From positions 7,200,710 to 7,264,709 of the forward strand of contig CAVNZM010000005.1 of NCBI GenBank assembly GCA_963693365.1: a stretch of 64,000 nt of DNA, read 5' to 3'. The DNA is from Amoebidium appalachense. Taxonomy: Eukaryota > Protista > Ichthyosporea. The position numbers and the translations under genes were made by a program. Position 1 is the first letter of the stretch; each line of letters opens with the position of its first letter. The notes under the pieces were generated by a model that worked only from the letters and a program-made list of their open reading frames with translations, did not search any database and was not told the DNA's origin. Below, one piece after another: positions 1 to 13,060 of the stretch.

Positions 1-266
1 TTTTCTATTGTGTGACATGTTGGACATCTTAGTAAACGTGTCTATATGTGGAGGTGTGCATGTGCACACATGTGTTTGCGTTTGTGTGCGTGTGCGTGTT
101 CGTGCGTGCTTGTGTGTATGAGTGCACGTGGAAGTGTGTCTGTGTGTGTGTGCGTGTGTGTACATGTCTGCATGTCTGTGCGTGTGTGGGGTGGGTGCTT
201 GTGCTTGTGCGTCTGTGCATGTATGTACATGTGTGTGTTTGTATGACTGAACACGGAGGTGTGTGC

Positions 267-308
<42 letters not shown>

Positions 309-334
309 ATGTGTGTGCGTATGTGTGCACCCAC

Positions 335-2830
335 GTTGATCAGTTTCTGGTTCTCGCTCTTAAACACCTCCACGGCAATCTTCAGTGTCTTCTCGTCCGT
401 CACACGCATGCCCTGTGTCCCCATCCAAATGTCAGTTAATCCGAAAGCCATGGACTTGACATATCAAAAGTGATCAAGAAAGAACGAGTGTGCGAGTACG
501 AGTCCCCGTGTATGTATGTGTGTGTGTGTGTGTGTGTGTGCACGTACAAGGTGCGATCGCATGAACTCGTGCACATATATGCAATTGTGAGTCTAACGTG
601 TGTCTGTGTGTGTGTTTATGTGTGTAGGCAGGTGTACCCCTGTGTGTTTGAGTATAGGCATGTGTGTGTGTATATGTGTGTGTGCTCGTACCTGTGCGCG
701 TGTTGCATGTGGTGTGGGCCTGCAGGGTCTGTGCATGTGTGCGTGTGCATGTGTGCATGTGTGTGTGGGTGGGTGCGTGAGTGCGTGAGTGTGTGAGGTG
801 TGAGTGTGAGTGTGTGAGTGTGTGCATGTGCATGTGTGTGTGTGTTCACTGGCCAGGGGATGTATGTCACGCATGTGATATGCGGGTGCAGATGTGTATG
901 TGTGTATGTGTGTGTGTCTATGTGCACGTCTACACATGTGTGTGTGTGTATGTGTGTTATCGGGGGGTGGGGGCCATCACCTCTTCGTACACGGCCTCGA
1001 TGTTTGCAGCCTTCAAACGGTCATTCAGCTGTTGATGGGAGGAACAGGTGAGTATATATATGTTATTGGCAAGAATTACTACATACGTGCTGAGAAGTAG
1101 GGGGGGGGGGGGGGGGGACAATGATCGAGTATGCCAACCAAAACCTAACGACAAAAACCCCTGAACAAGACACGAGGGCGAGTAAGCCACGGACGGGTGG
1201 TGGAGAAGGACGGGGATGGGCTGGGCAGGGTCGGGGGAAGGGGCGGAGGAGAGGCTTCGAGAGGGCGGGGGAGAGGGGGGGTTGTTAGAATACAAACCCA
1301 TTTACGACTGACAATACAACGAAGATTTTTTTCCGTTTTTCTTTTTTCTTTTTTTTTTTTTTTTTGGAAAAGGGGGGGGGGGGGGGGGGGGGGGTTACAA
1401 AGTCATCCAGAGTAGCCACCAGGGGGAACAGCATGGAGGGAGGGAGCGAGGGGGAAAGGGGGAAAGGGGGGCGGGGGGTGAGGGAGGGGAGGGGAGGGGA
1501 GGAAGCTTTCAAGGAAATATCGAACCTGGGGACCGCCGCCGTGCACGACGATAGGGAACAGACCGCACTGAACCATGGTGATGAGGTTCTTGGTCAGAAT
1601 GTCGGCTTGCTCGGTGATCACGGCACCACCAACCTTGACAACAGCAAGTTTGGTAGGGTAGGCCGCTGTGTGGGTGGATGTGTTAGTGTGTGGTCGTGGT
1701 AATGTGTGGTTGTGTTAATGTGGTGGTGCTGGTGGTGGTGGTGGTAATAGCTGTGAGGGTGTATGCATGAGGCGGTCTGGGAGAGGGGTGTGTTTGGGGA
1801 GGAAGGGGGGGGGGGGGGGGGGGGGGGGAGGGGGGGGGGGCTCGTTTCTTCTTCTCCCCCCCTCCTGTCCCCGGAAAGGAAACTGGGAGGCGGGGGGAGG
1901 GGGGGGGGTCCAAGGTGGGTAGGAGTGTGGGTGTTTTTAGAGTAGTTGGATGGGTGTCGTTATTCATGTGAGAAAATGTGTGTGTGTGTGTGTGTCTGTG
2001 TCTGTGAATGTGTGTGTATGTGTGCAGTACAGGTGCATGCATGTGGGATAGCGTGCATGATGAGTGACAAGTACGGCGCAAACGTGGGGTGGGACAAGTG
2101 GGGAGACTTGAGTGCATAAGCTGGCAAGGGCTGGAATCATTTGTGACTGTGAGCTTGTATTATGTGTGTATGTGTTTGTGTGTGTCGGTGGGGAGGGGGC
2201 AGAGGGCGGGGGGGGGGGGGGGGGGGGGGAGGGGGGGGGGGGGGGGGGATAGGAGTACGGAGGGATTTGTAGTGTAAGGTCAGAACACAAGCCTGTCAAG
2301 GGGGGTGGGGGTGATGGCGGGGGGAGGGGGGGGAGGAGAGGGCGAGCGACGGGCAACGGGGGGAGGGGTCATATACTGGGGTCGAAGCCATAGAAGTTTG
2401 ATTTGAAGTGAACCAGACCCTCAGCAGGCGGTGCAGGGGTGAACGAGTTGATCAGGTCCTGCTGGGCCTGTGAAGGGGGGAAGAGTGAGCACGTGTGCCA
2501 TGTGGGAGAGATCAAAGAAAAGCGCGGGGGGGGGAGGGGAGAGGGGACGAAACATGGGGCCGGGCCCATAGAAAGCCCCACTTGCCCGATATGGCCACAC
2601 TGAATGGGATGCACGGGTTGTGCATGAGGGTTTTAACTTCTCCTTCTTTTCCCCTGCCCCTTTCCCTCCCCACATTCCCCCTCCCCATGTCTCCTTGGCT
2701 TTACGTGTTCCTTGCCTTCAACAGAAGCCCCCCCCCCCCCACACACACACACACCGCCACCACCACCACCCTCTCCCTCCTCCCACATTCCCCTACTGCC
2801 CCCCCCCCTCCCCTACAGCACACACACAAA

Positions 2831-2909
<79 letters not shown>

Positions 2910-3219
2910 ACTGAAAATACCCACACCCCCGTCTCTTATACCCACTTTTAAAGTACCTGTCGCCCCTATTTTTAAACCAACTCCCACCCACCCGTGTCAT
3001 CCTTTCTCTATTGCTCTGTTTCCTGACCAGCCCCATTGGGCCACCCCCTCAACCTCATTATTATCATCCCCTCACCTTGTTGTATTCAAGGGCCACACGG
3101 GACGAGGAGAAGTGGCGCAGGGCCGCGAGCGCCGCGGGGGCAGCCGCGGGGGCCTTGTTTTGGGCCAGCCAGCGGCCAGCCTGGCGCACGGCCAGGCCGA
3201 AGGTAGAAGCTCCCTGCAT
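335..3219 (-). CDS. Mitochondrial acetylglutamate kinase (fungal Arg5,6/Arg6-like NAGK), 5' part; continues beyond the window start
   Basis: GT-AG exons 3076-3219, 2377-2467, 1526-1665, 981-1028 and 335-412 join in phase. They encode a transit-peptide-like N-terminus (MQGASTFGLAVRQAGRWL...RHFSSSR), then LAVVKVGGAVI...[50 protein letters not shown]. KxGG, VHGGGP and GxRVTD are NAGK motifs. Confidence 0.92.
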
Positions 3220-5159
3220 GGCTAAGTGCTCCCACTACCTGCAAAAACATGGACCTACCATCAGTTTACCATTAGATACTCCAGTTTCGGTGTTGCACGG
3301 GGAACCAAGAATGGATAGAAATCCCACAGTAACCGCCTATGTATAATCGTAATATTCTGTAGTACCGTTGGTGCCTTGAAGAGAACAGATGCGGCCTGTG
3401 TGTATGTATACAAAAACACCATATGACGTTGCTGATGAGACTGAAACTTTCTAAGCACCTAGGAGATAAAGTATCCGGTGCTTTGGGTAGCAGACAAAAG
3501 CACGCTCTGTCTTTCCCTTCGTTTCTATATCAAAGCTCTCCGTTACTTTTGCTTCCTCACTGGAGTAGATGTGACAAAAAACGGACCTTACGGGTTACAG
3601 AGCCACTCTGACTTCACTTGCACTCGGACATTCGTTTTTCCGTGGCATGTGTCCTTCTGTTGAGCGGCGCTAGCTACCAGCCCCTGGGACTGCCGTTGAA
3701 CCAATAAGAGGTAATTTATAAATTATACAATGAAAAAAAACGTTTTACTAAAAACTAGACCATGACATATCACGAATAGATCTTTCCTTTATATTGAGCA
3801 TTTGTTATTCTTCGTCGTGATTGGCGGGTCTGGTAATGAATGGATAAACATCTATCCGATTGAGCCAGTCCAAATCCAGATCGCCATCCGATAACAATTT
3901 AGGTCACCCTCCTAATCCAATCAAATCATGGTGACACCATGGTGACTAAATTTGTAATAATTTGTGTTCGCCTACAACACGTGTTTATTTTTGCCAACAA
4001 AATACGAAATATGAAATATTTTCACATAAATCCCATATGGACATGCAAACACGCACATACACGTGTACACGCACGCACGCACACACACGCACACACACAC
4101 ACACGCACACACACACACACGCACACGCACACACGCACACACGCACACACACGTGCACACGCGCGCGTACGCGCACACACAATCATGTCACATGTACACA
4201 CACGCACACGCACAAACTCACACACGCACACACAAGCACACACACGCACACAGGTGCACACACACAGGCACACACGTGCACACACGTGTACACACACACA
4301 TGGCCATTTCACATGTGAACACACACACGATCTTGTCAACCGTACCCCAGGAATATTTGAAAAAAATTCGCGCGGTGGTGTGTGGACGTGGCTGGGTGCC
4401 TGTAGAAGAAGGCCATGAGATTTTGCGTATGTATTGACTGTAAATTTGGGTGGGTATTGGCGGCGCCGGCCCGGACCCGGCCCGGCCCGCCGTTTTACAC
4501 GCTGAGCCCTTGTTAGCCCCAAAAAGTGACCTTTAGATCCATGCGCAGCTGCCTTATATAGTATGATCTGAAACTTTTGTCCAATGAAAATCGTTATCGC
4601 TCCCAATTTGGAAAGTGACTTTCGGGCCAAAAAGCTACCTAATCGGATCGCTAAAACGGTTTGGGTCTCTGCACGGTAGTATACCGTGACTACTGAACCG
4701 GCCCGTATGAAAGGGATAGATATACGCGGCAGCGTTTTGATTCCTTTGCCAACTTCATGCCGAGTGAAGGGAGTACTTGCTTGTGTACTTACCCCCCCCA
4801 AATGAAATTTTTTGTGTTTTTCAATTTAAAGGTTTGGGCATTTCAGGGGCTGAACATTAGCATATATATGAATGACAGTGTATGCGCGCAGCGTGCATGC
4901 TTTGGTGTCATCGATTGCATGATCATGAACATATATCCGGTTTATTTTGTTGTCAAAAAAAAGCATAAGCTATCTCTAATATATAGTAAGCTATGAAGCC
5001 CAAATACGGAACGACACCCCTCAAACAACAGTTCTTTCAATCAAAGAGCACCCCTATTTCTGGTGTTATCTCTGATCCACACCCGCGCCGCTATCTGCAT
5101 GCGGAGCTTATGCCCCAGTCGGTGGGTGTGCGCGAGTCAGATGGTGGCACGCCTGGACA

Positions 5160-5404
5160 CCCAATCGCAGAGCTCGAGGGGGCCTCTGCAGAGGTACTGC
5201 ATGAACGCAGAGGGTTGTTGTGCAAGTTTTACGCAAAACAGGCCCACCCTCTGCAAGTAGGAGCCCATTTGCCAAGGCCTCCTAAATAGCACACCGCGTG
5301 CGCTATTTAGGAGGCCTTGCCATTTGCAGAGGTCCTCCTGCCATATATGGGCAAAACGCCCCTCTGCACACGTGTTGCAGAGGGTAATCCCAGAGGGCAC
5401 TGTA
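5160..5404. mobile_element. Foldback/MITE-like element with many CCTCTGC/GCAGAGG motifs and an 18-bp perfect hairpin
   Basis: About 9 motif copies in both orientations. Inverted repeat caaggcctcctaaatagc (5273-5290) / gctatttaggaggccttg (5302-5319). The right end reads TA|CAGTGCCCTCTG on the - strand. Confidence 0.5.
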
Positions 5405-7097
5405 GAATTGCTGAGGTGTCAGGTTTGAACGCAGAGGTGCAGGCGGCACCACGTGCACGTGGGCGCCGAAATGGCACACACGATAAAATAAATTCCACGT
5501 CTTCGCATACGCACACAGTCAGACACGGTGGTCACGGCAGGTCACGGCGGCACTACTAAAAGTAACCGTGACGAAGTGCACAGCTATCCTAGTATATACA
5601 CTGTGTACACGCACTGTTGTTCTCAAGGATTGTTGTGTTCATTGAAAGGCGGAACTTGCAGGAATGGAAAAATTCAACTCAGAACAAAATCATGTGCCTT
5701 CATTCTGCTAGCTCTCTATCCGGTGTAGCCAACCTCTGAAGAAGTCACGTTTTCCCCGTATTACTAACGGTGAGTCACTTGCCTGAACCCATCCCAGCCG
5801 TGCATCTCACATATACACATACCTACCCCTCTGCCCCCTCACCCCCATCCACCCTCAGTCCTACCCAGCTACTCACCCTCACAAACACGCACACACACAC
5901 ACCAGTATGTACAGATGCACACTCACGAAAGTACACGACCAAAAGCATAGAGCTCACCGGCCACTCAGCTTCCATTCGCCCGTCTCCCCCAACCCTCACG
6001 GGCACCCGCTTTCATCTGGGCTTGTGTACCTCCCGCCCTACTCGTTCCCGAAGACCGCTTACCCTCCATCCCATCCGCCCTACTCCTCATTATCCCTGCC
6101 CTGAGTGGTCGCCCCCCCCCCCCCCCCCCCCCCCCCCAGTATGTCGTCCACGTGCACACAAGCTCATATGCACGCGCCCCCGCGCACACAGTCACACACG
6201 CTACCTCTACCCCCTAAGGCATACACACACACACACACATGCATACTTACATGTACGCATGCGCGCACACACACACTTAACTTACCACAATTACACTCAA
6301 GCACACACAGACAGAAAAGCTCGCACACAGACACAGGCCACCCATGGGCTGCAAAACAAACGCACACACACCCACACATATCTAACAATCACAATACGCA
6401 CACAAAAATCAACATCCACACACAGAAATCCACGCGTCTGTGATGGCATGCACACACAAACGTAGGCACTGAAGCTCCAGCCTCATACACTTGAAGGCGC
6501 CAACGCGCTGCAGTGGCACAGAAACACGTACACACACCTCAGGTTCAAGCAAGATAATGCACGGCATGTAGATAGGCACCCCCCTCCCCCCCCCCTCCCC
6601 CCTCCCCCCTCCCCCTCTCCCTCCCCCGGTTTGGCAGTGCGGGCGGGCGAGCGTGTGTTCCTGTGTGTGTGTGTGTGTGTGCTTGTTGGTGGTGATGGTG
6701 GTGGTGGGGGGAGGAGGGCGGGAGAAGGGTGTGTGTGCATGTGTGTGCACTCGCACACATACACACACTCGCGCACACACATACACACACAGTGTCACAC
6801 ACACACACACTTTCTCGCATGTCCCCCCGCGCATGCATTGTGTCAGTGATGCACAGTCATACTCTCTAGCACACACACACACATACTCACAACACAACAG
6901 GCACAACACTGGCTCTAGAAACCGTGTATGCGGGAGCGAGAAGATGGTCGTAGGTCACAAGCACACACACACGAACATACCCACCCATACGCTCACATAC
7001 ATACGTCCGGGCGCACCCGGCCAGATACGCCACACACATACACGCACACATATATAAGCACACACACACACGCGCGCGCGCGCGCACCGTGACGCAT

Positions 7098-7130
<33 letters not shown>

Positions 7131-7154
7131 AGACAAGACCACACCTGTGCTATG

Positions 7155-7195
<41 letters not shown>

Positions 7196-8868
7196 AACAC
7201 ACATACCGCACACGTATACACACACTCATATGCACACACCCACAATTACACCGATAAACACAAGCTTCGGAGTGCATGGTACAAATACACACTCACACAC
7301 ATATACTCCACACAGTTAGCTTGTGTACCCAAGGCTCACCGAAGGTGTTACCGTTCCCTTCCCCACCCCCCCACCCCCCCACCCCCCACCCCCCTCCCCC
7401 CCGGAATGCCTCTCGCTCGTGTCTTACTCTCTCCCTCTCCCTCTCTGCTCCTCCTTCCCCCCCTCCCCCCCCCCTCCCCGCCCGGCCTATCCCATTCGGC
7501 CGTAGTACGTGCTCTCTCTATCGACCTCTCTGAGTAAGTGTATCTATTTTTCGTCCTCTCGTTATTGCCTCCCGGGGCTCCTCAGCTTCTTGCTTTTACT
7601 TAAAGAAGGGCTGACGTCCATCCACCAGACTACCACTACCGAAGGAAGCCCTTACGTGACCCCACCCCCTCCCCCCCCACCCCCCCCGCCCACCCCCCCC
7701 TTCTCCTCCCCCTCCCCCTCCCTTTTCTGAATCCCTTTCCTCACACTCTTCAAGACTCACCTCGTTCGCGCCCCCCCCCTCCCGCCCCTCCCCCCTCCCC
7801 CCCCCCCCCCCACCACCACCACCACTACCATCCCCACCCCACCCACCCAGCATTCCCTTCCACCTCATGCAGCCTCCCTCCCTAGCCACATACACATACG
7901 CGGACACACACACACCTACATACACACTAAAACACACAGATAAACTGCGACAAAATGTGCAGATGTAGTGTTGTCCATCATGATTTCGAAAATGCACTCT
8001 GTACTCTGTAACACATTATAACCCCCACCCACCTCTCCTTGTCTTCCCCACTTGCTCTGTTGCACCCCCCCCAATTTGAATAAAAATAAAGTAAAAATAA
8101 AAAGAAATAATGTAAAACAGTTTTCTTTTGCTGACACACGATGATCCTGGGCATTGAACCCTACACGAGTCAAATTACCGTCGCAGCATGGTACCAGTGG
8201 CGCTCCCAAATAAAACGGAAGCATGTAACATGCGTTTGCCAAGCCTGAGTTGGTCTTTTCGTGCGAATCAAATTCCTGTTCAAATGCATGAATTTTATTG
8301 CAGTCCTCCCCCCCCCCCCCCCCCCCCCTCCCCGCACCCTGGTACCAAACACACACATGCACACATGCACGCACACACGCACGCACACGCACACTCACAC
8401 CCACGAGAGAGAGAGGGGGGAGGGGGAACATTGATGCTGGAGACCCGTTAGATCGATGCTTAGAGAACTTGTGCTAAAGGAGAAGTGTGTATGTTTGTCG
8501 CAGTGTGTGTGTGTGTGTGCGTAGGGGTGGGGTCGGGGGAGGGGGGGGAAAGGGGGAAGGGGGGGGGGTTGGGAGAGAAGGGGGAGGGGGGGGTGGCCTA
8601 GACGGGGTTGAACTTGAACAGGCAAAGATGTACAGGGTTATCAAAGCACATCTTTTGTCCACTCCCGCCCGGCACCGGCCGCGGTATAATAGGCCAACAT
8701 TCGACACACACGCAAGCGCTTGTAATACGAGTGAGAGAGAGGGGGAGGAGAGAGGGAGAATGAGAGAGCAAGAGGAAGGGGAGACAAGAGAGTGAGAGTG
8801 TGGGGCAGGGGGGGGGAATTCTTAAGCTCGAGTTGCTGCAGAATTGTAACAGTTAGCTGTTGAAGTTT

Positions 8869-8917
<49 letters not shown>

Positions 8918-9349
8918 TGGGGGTGGTGGTGGTGGTGGGGAGGGGGGGGGGGGGGGAGGGGGGGAGGGGGGCGGAGGGGGGGGAACAAATACGGGAACGA
9001 ACATGGGGCCCGGGATCAATGCACATTTATTGTCCACTCCAGCCGGCCAATAGGAGAACAGCCCAGGTGTTCTAAGCCACAAACCGTTACAGGCGTGTCC
9101 CATTTGTATCCATACAGAAGGGCTCTCCCCTTAACACCAGTATACGTACTACTGGTATTCTCAGAGAAAATATGGAGCTGCCAAGAGATTCAAACACTGC
9201 CTAGCCTGCAATGCTTTCTATAAACGACTAAAAAAAGTAGGAATATGGACGGCAATTCAATCAAGAGCCCCAGGCCTGCTTTACTTCTTTACTTTTTCTT
9301 TTCCCCCTTTCAAAAGGGGGAAGAGGAGGAGGAGGGGGGAGGGGGGGGG

Positions 9350-9487
9350 GATCGGTGAGAGACATCATAGGTTTAAGTGTGAATGCTACGAAAAGGGTTT
9401 TGGGCGAGTGAGTGAGTGAGTGAGTGAGTGAGTGAGTGAGTGAGTGAGTGAGTGGGTGGGTGGGTGGGTGGGTGGGCGTGTGGGTGT

Positions 9488-9521
<34 letters not shown>

Positions 9522-11007
9522 ATGCGTGGGTGCGTGGGTGCGTGGTTGAGTGAGTGAGTAAGTAAGCAATTGAGTGAGTGAGTGAATCTGTGTGTGAGAG
9601 AGAGAGTGAAGGTGTGTGTGCGTGCGTACGTGTTTGTTTGTGCGTGTGGTTGTGTGTGCGTGTGTGTGTGTATGTGTCCGGGGGGAGAGTGGGTGGGAGG
9701 GTGTGTGTGGGGGGGGGGGGGGGGGGGAGAGGTCGAGGGGATGGGGGGAGAGGGGGGGGGGGGGGGAGGGGGGGGGATCGGTGAGAGACATCATATGTTT
9801 AGGTGTGAATGCTACGAAAAGGGTTTCGGGTGAGCGAGCGAGCGAGTGAGTGAGTGAGTGGGTGGGTGGGTGGGCGCGTGGGCGTGTGGGTGAGTGGGTG
9901 AGTGGGTGAATGGGTGCGTGGGTGCGTGGGTGCGTGGGTGCGTGGTTGAGTGACTGAGTAAGTAAGCAATTGAGTGAGTGAGTGAATCTGTGTGAGAGAG
10001 AGAGAGTGAATGTGTGTGTGCGTGCGTAAGTGTTAGTTTGTGCGTGTGTGTTGTGTGCGCGCGTGTTTGTGTGTATGTGTGTGTGTGCACGTGTTTGTGT
10101 GTATGTGTCCGGGGGGAGAGTGGGTGAGTGTGTGTATGTGGGGGGGGGGTTTTGAATGCGTCAAAAAGTACGAAGTACACAAGAACAAACGGATAACACG
10201 ATGCAGAATGCAAGCCATACATAAAGAGTATGCATAATAAGCAGAGCCCATCGGGGGGGGGGGGGGGAGAAGCCGAGGGGATGGGGGGGAGGGGGGGGGG
10301 GGGGGGGGGGGGGGGAGGGGGATCGGTGAGAGACATCATAGGTTTAAGTGTGAATGCTACGAAAAGGGTTTTGGGTGAGCGAGCGAGCGAGTGAGTGAGT
10401 GGGTGGGTGGGTGGTTGGGCATTTGGGCGCGTGGGTGAGTGAGTGAGTGAGTGAGAGTGAGTGAGTGAGTTAAGTGAGTGAGTGAGTGTATCTGTGTGTG
10501 AGTGAGTGAGTGAATGTGTGTGTGTGTGTGTACGTGTTTGTGTGTGTGTGCGCGTGTTCATGTGTGTGTGTGTGGGGGGGGGGGGGGGGGGGGGGGGGGG
10601 AGGTCGAGAGGATGGGGGGAGGGGGGGGGGGAGGTGAGAGACATCGTAGGTTGAAGTGTGAATGCTACGAAAAGGGTTTTAGGTGAGCGAGCGAGCGAGT
10701 GATGGAGTGAGTGAGTGAGTGAGTGAGTGAGTGAGTGAGTGAGTGGGTGGGTGGGTGGGTGGGTGGGTGAGTGGGCGCGTGGGTGGGTGGGTGGGTCGGT
10801 GGTTCGGTCCGTGGGTGGGTGCGTGGGTGAGTGAGTGAGGTGAGATTTGAGTGAGGTGAGAGTGAGTGAGTAAGTGAGTCAGTGAGTGAATCCCTGTGTG
10901 TGAGTGAGTGAGTGAATTGTGTGTGTGTGTGTGCGCGCGTACATGTTCGTTTGTGTGTGTGTGTGTGTCCGTGCGTGTGTGTGTGTCCGGGGGGAGGGTG
11001 GGTGTGC

Positions 11008-11038
<31 letters not shown>

Positions 11039-11170
11039 GGGAGGTGGAAGGGGGGGTGGGGGGGGGGGAGAGGGGGGGAGGGGGAGAGAGGGGGGGGGGG
11101 GGGGGGGGGGGGGATCGGTGAGAGGCATCATAGGTTTAAATGTGAATGCTACGAAAAGGGTTTTGGGTGA
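9350..11170. repeat. Compound tandem array: 5 copies of a ~55-bp core separated by GAGT/GGGT/GT/poly-G blocks
   Basis: Core gatcggtgagagacatcataggtttaagtgtgaatgctacgaaaagggttttggg at ~9350, 9776, 10321, 10633 and 11113, with few substitutions. Confidence 0.9.
10150..10251 (-). repeat. Structured dispersed repeat family, copy A (truncated)
   Basis: Nearly identical to 12809-12911 (…agagtatgcataataagcagagcccatc), cut off by poly-G. Confidence 0.85.
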
Positions 11171-11681
11171 GCGAGCGAGTGAGTGAGTGAGTGGATGGGT
11201 TGGTGCGTGGGTGGGTGAGCGGGTGAGCGGGTGGGCGGGTGGGCGGTTGGGTGCGTGGGTGGGTGGGTGGGTGGATGAGTGAGTGTAAATGAATAAATGA
11301 ATAAGTGAGTGAGTGAGTGAATCTGTGGGTGAGTGAGTGAGTGAATGTGTGTATGTGTGCGTGCGCGCATGTGTGTGTGTGTGTGTGTATGTGTGTGTGT
11401 GCGTGTATGTGTGTGTGCGGGCGTGTGAGTGTGTCCGGGGAGGGGGGGGGGGGGGGGGGGGGCACTTTGACCTGAAGCAACTAACAAGAGACATGGAAGC
11501 AACAGTAAGATGATGCAAAGCAAAGAAATTGATCAGCAAAGGACCACAGAAGAAAACCAACAGATGCGGCCCTGAGGGGGGCAGGGAACAGTAGGCAATG
11601 AATCACCAGGCAAGCAAAAAAGCAACACAGCGACCTAGTGACCTGTGCATTGTTTGGGGGGGGGGGGGGGGGGGGGAGGAA

Positions 11682-11719
<38 letters not shown>

Positions 11720-12019
11720 AATAAGTTAAAGAAGAAAAGACGCAAAGAAGAGATGTGTAGCGATTAGGTCGGGGGGGGGGGGGGGGGGGGGGGAGGGGGA
11801 GGAGTTGTGGGGATAGAGGGATACAAGCAAAGAAGGAAGAAAAGACGCAAAGAGGAAACGTGTAGTGAAAAAGTCCCCAGGAGGAGACAAGGGAGGGAGA
11901 ACGGTTGAGTTGGGGGGGGGAGCAAAGAAGCAAGAAGGCCAGTAAGACAAGGAGAAACACGTGTTTATTCCCTCCCAACCGCAGGCGGAGGGGGGGGGGG
12001 GGGAGGGGGGGGGTAACTG

Positions 12020-12240
12020 TGCCATAAAGTATGATAGTATACATTCACAACGGACAACACAATGCAGAGTGCAAACGCGCAAAGAGTATGCATAATAAGC
12101 AGAGCCCATCCTCAAGGGGGAGTCAAGTCATCCACAGCACCCGAGCTTCGACCCATTCACCTCGTCGGCGAAACCTAACTCAGATACTGCTTCACTTGAA
12201 CATGGGTGGGTCACCCGTCTTGATCAGAGACGGACAGGGC
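12020..12240 (-). repeat. Structured dispersed repeat family, copy B
   Basis: Contains gcagagcccatcctcaa…ttcgaccca…tgggtcacccgtcttgatcagagacg, shared with copies C, E and G. Confidence 0.85.
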
Positions 12241-12770
12241 TACTAGGGAGGGGAGGGGGGAGGGGGGGGGGGGGGGGGGGGAGGGGGGGGATCGGACGAG
12301 AAAAATGCAAACCCCAAACTCAAAACCACGAACCACACACATACCACGAAGCAAGAAAGCACGGACTAAAGAATAGGGCGAATGTGGGGGGAGGAGTGCG
12401 CTACATAAGTATTGAAGCAAAGAGGTGAAGATGATCAAGTGGTTTAGTGGTTTAGTGGGGAAGGTCAAACATAAAAGAAGCAACAAGAAAAGAACATGGA
12501 ATCAAACAAACTATAAGGGTTTAAGCCCCCCGGGGGGGGGGGGGGGGGGGGGGATTAGTAAGAATACATAGAAGCAATAAAGCAAGAAAGAAACGAGTAA
12601 TATATACCACCAACCGCAAACCTCAAGCAGCAAACCGCAAACCACCTGCGGAGCGGGCATGGACGGGGAATATAACTAAGGAAGTAGATAGGCAATAAAA
12701 TGTAAGTCCCAGGGGAAATGTTTGGGTGGGTGGGTGGTGGCGGTGGTGCTGCTGGTGATGGTGGTGTGGT

Positions 12771-12801
<31 letters not shown>

Positions 12802-12808
12802 GGGGGGG

Positions 12809-13060
12809 GTTTGAATGCGTCAAAAAGTACGAAGCACACAAGAACAAACGGATAACACGATGCAGAATGCAAGCCATACATAAAGAGTATGCATAATAAG
12901 CAGAGCCCATCCTCAGGGGGGGCCCACGTCATCCACAGTACCCGAGTTTCGACCTATTCCCCTCGTTAACGAAACCCAACTCAGATACTGTTTCACTTGA
13001 ACATGAGTAGGTCACCCGTCTTGATCAGAGACGAGCAGGGTTGCTTATGCAGGCAAGGGC
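12809..13060 (-). repeat. Structured dispersed repeat family, copy C (complete core)
   Basis: On the - strand: GCATAAGCAACCCTG-CTCGTCTCTGATCAAGACGGG-T-GACCTA…TAGGTC-GAAACTCGGGT…ACGTGGG-CCCCCC-CTGAGGA-TGGGCTCTGCTTAT. Confidence 0.85.

Noticed and set aside
5660-8010. Possible + strand gene from exon-like islands (donor at 5770; islands at ~6465, 6900, 7590, 7940)
   Set aside because: I could not join them in phase without stops and saw no recognisable domain. It may be a decayed gene.
9350-11170. Repeat-spacer array as CRISPR or a C/D snoRNA cluster
   Set aside because: The spacers are long, homologous microsatellite blocks, and no proper C (RUGAUGA) plus D (CUGA) pair is present.
13022-13028. 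CUGAUCA (- strand) as the hammerhead CUGANGA box
   Set aside because: It lies in a hairpin loop and is not conserved (UUGAUCA in G, UUGGCCA in E).
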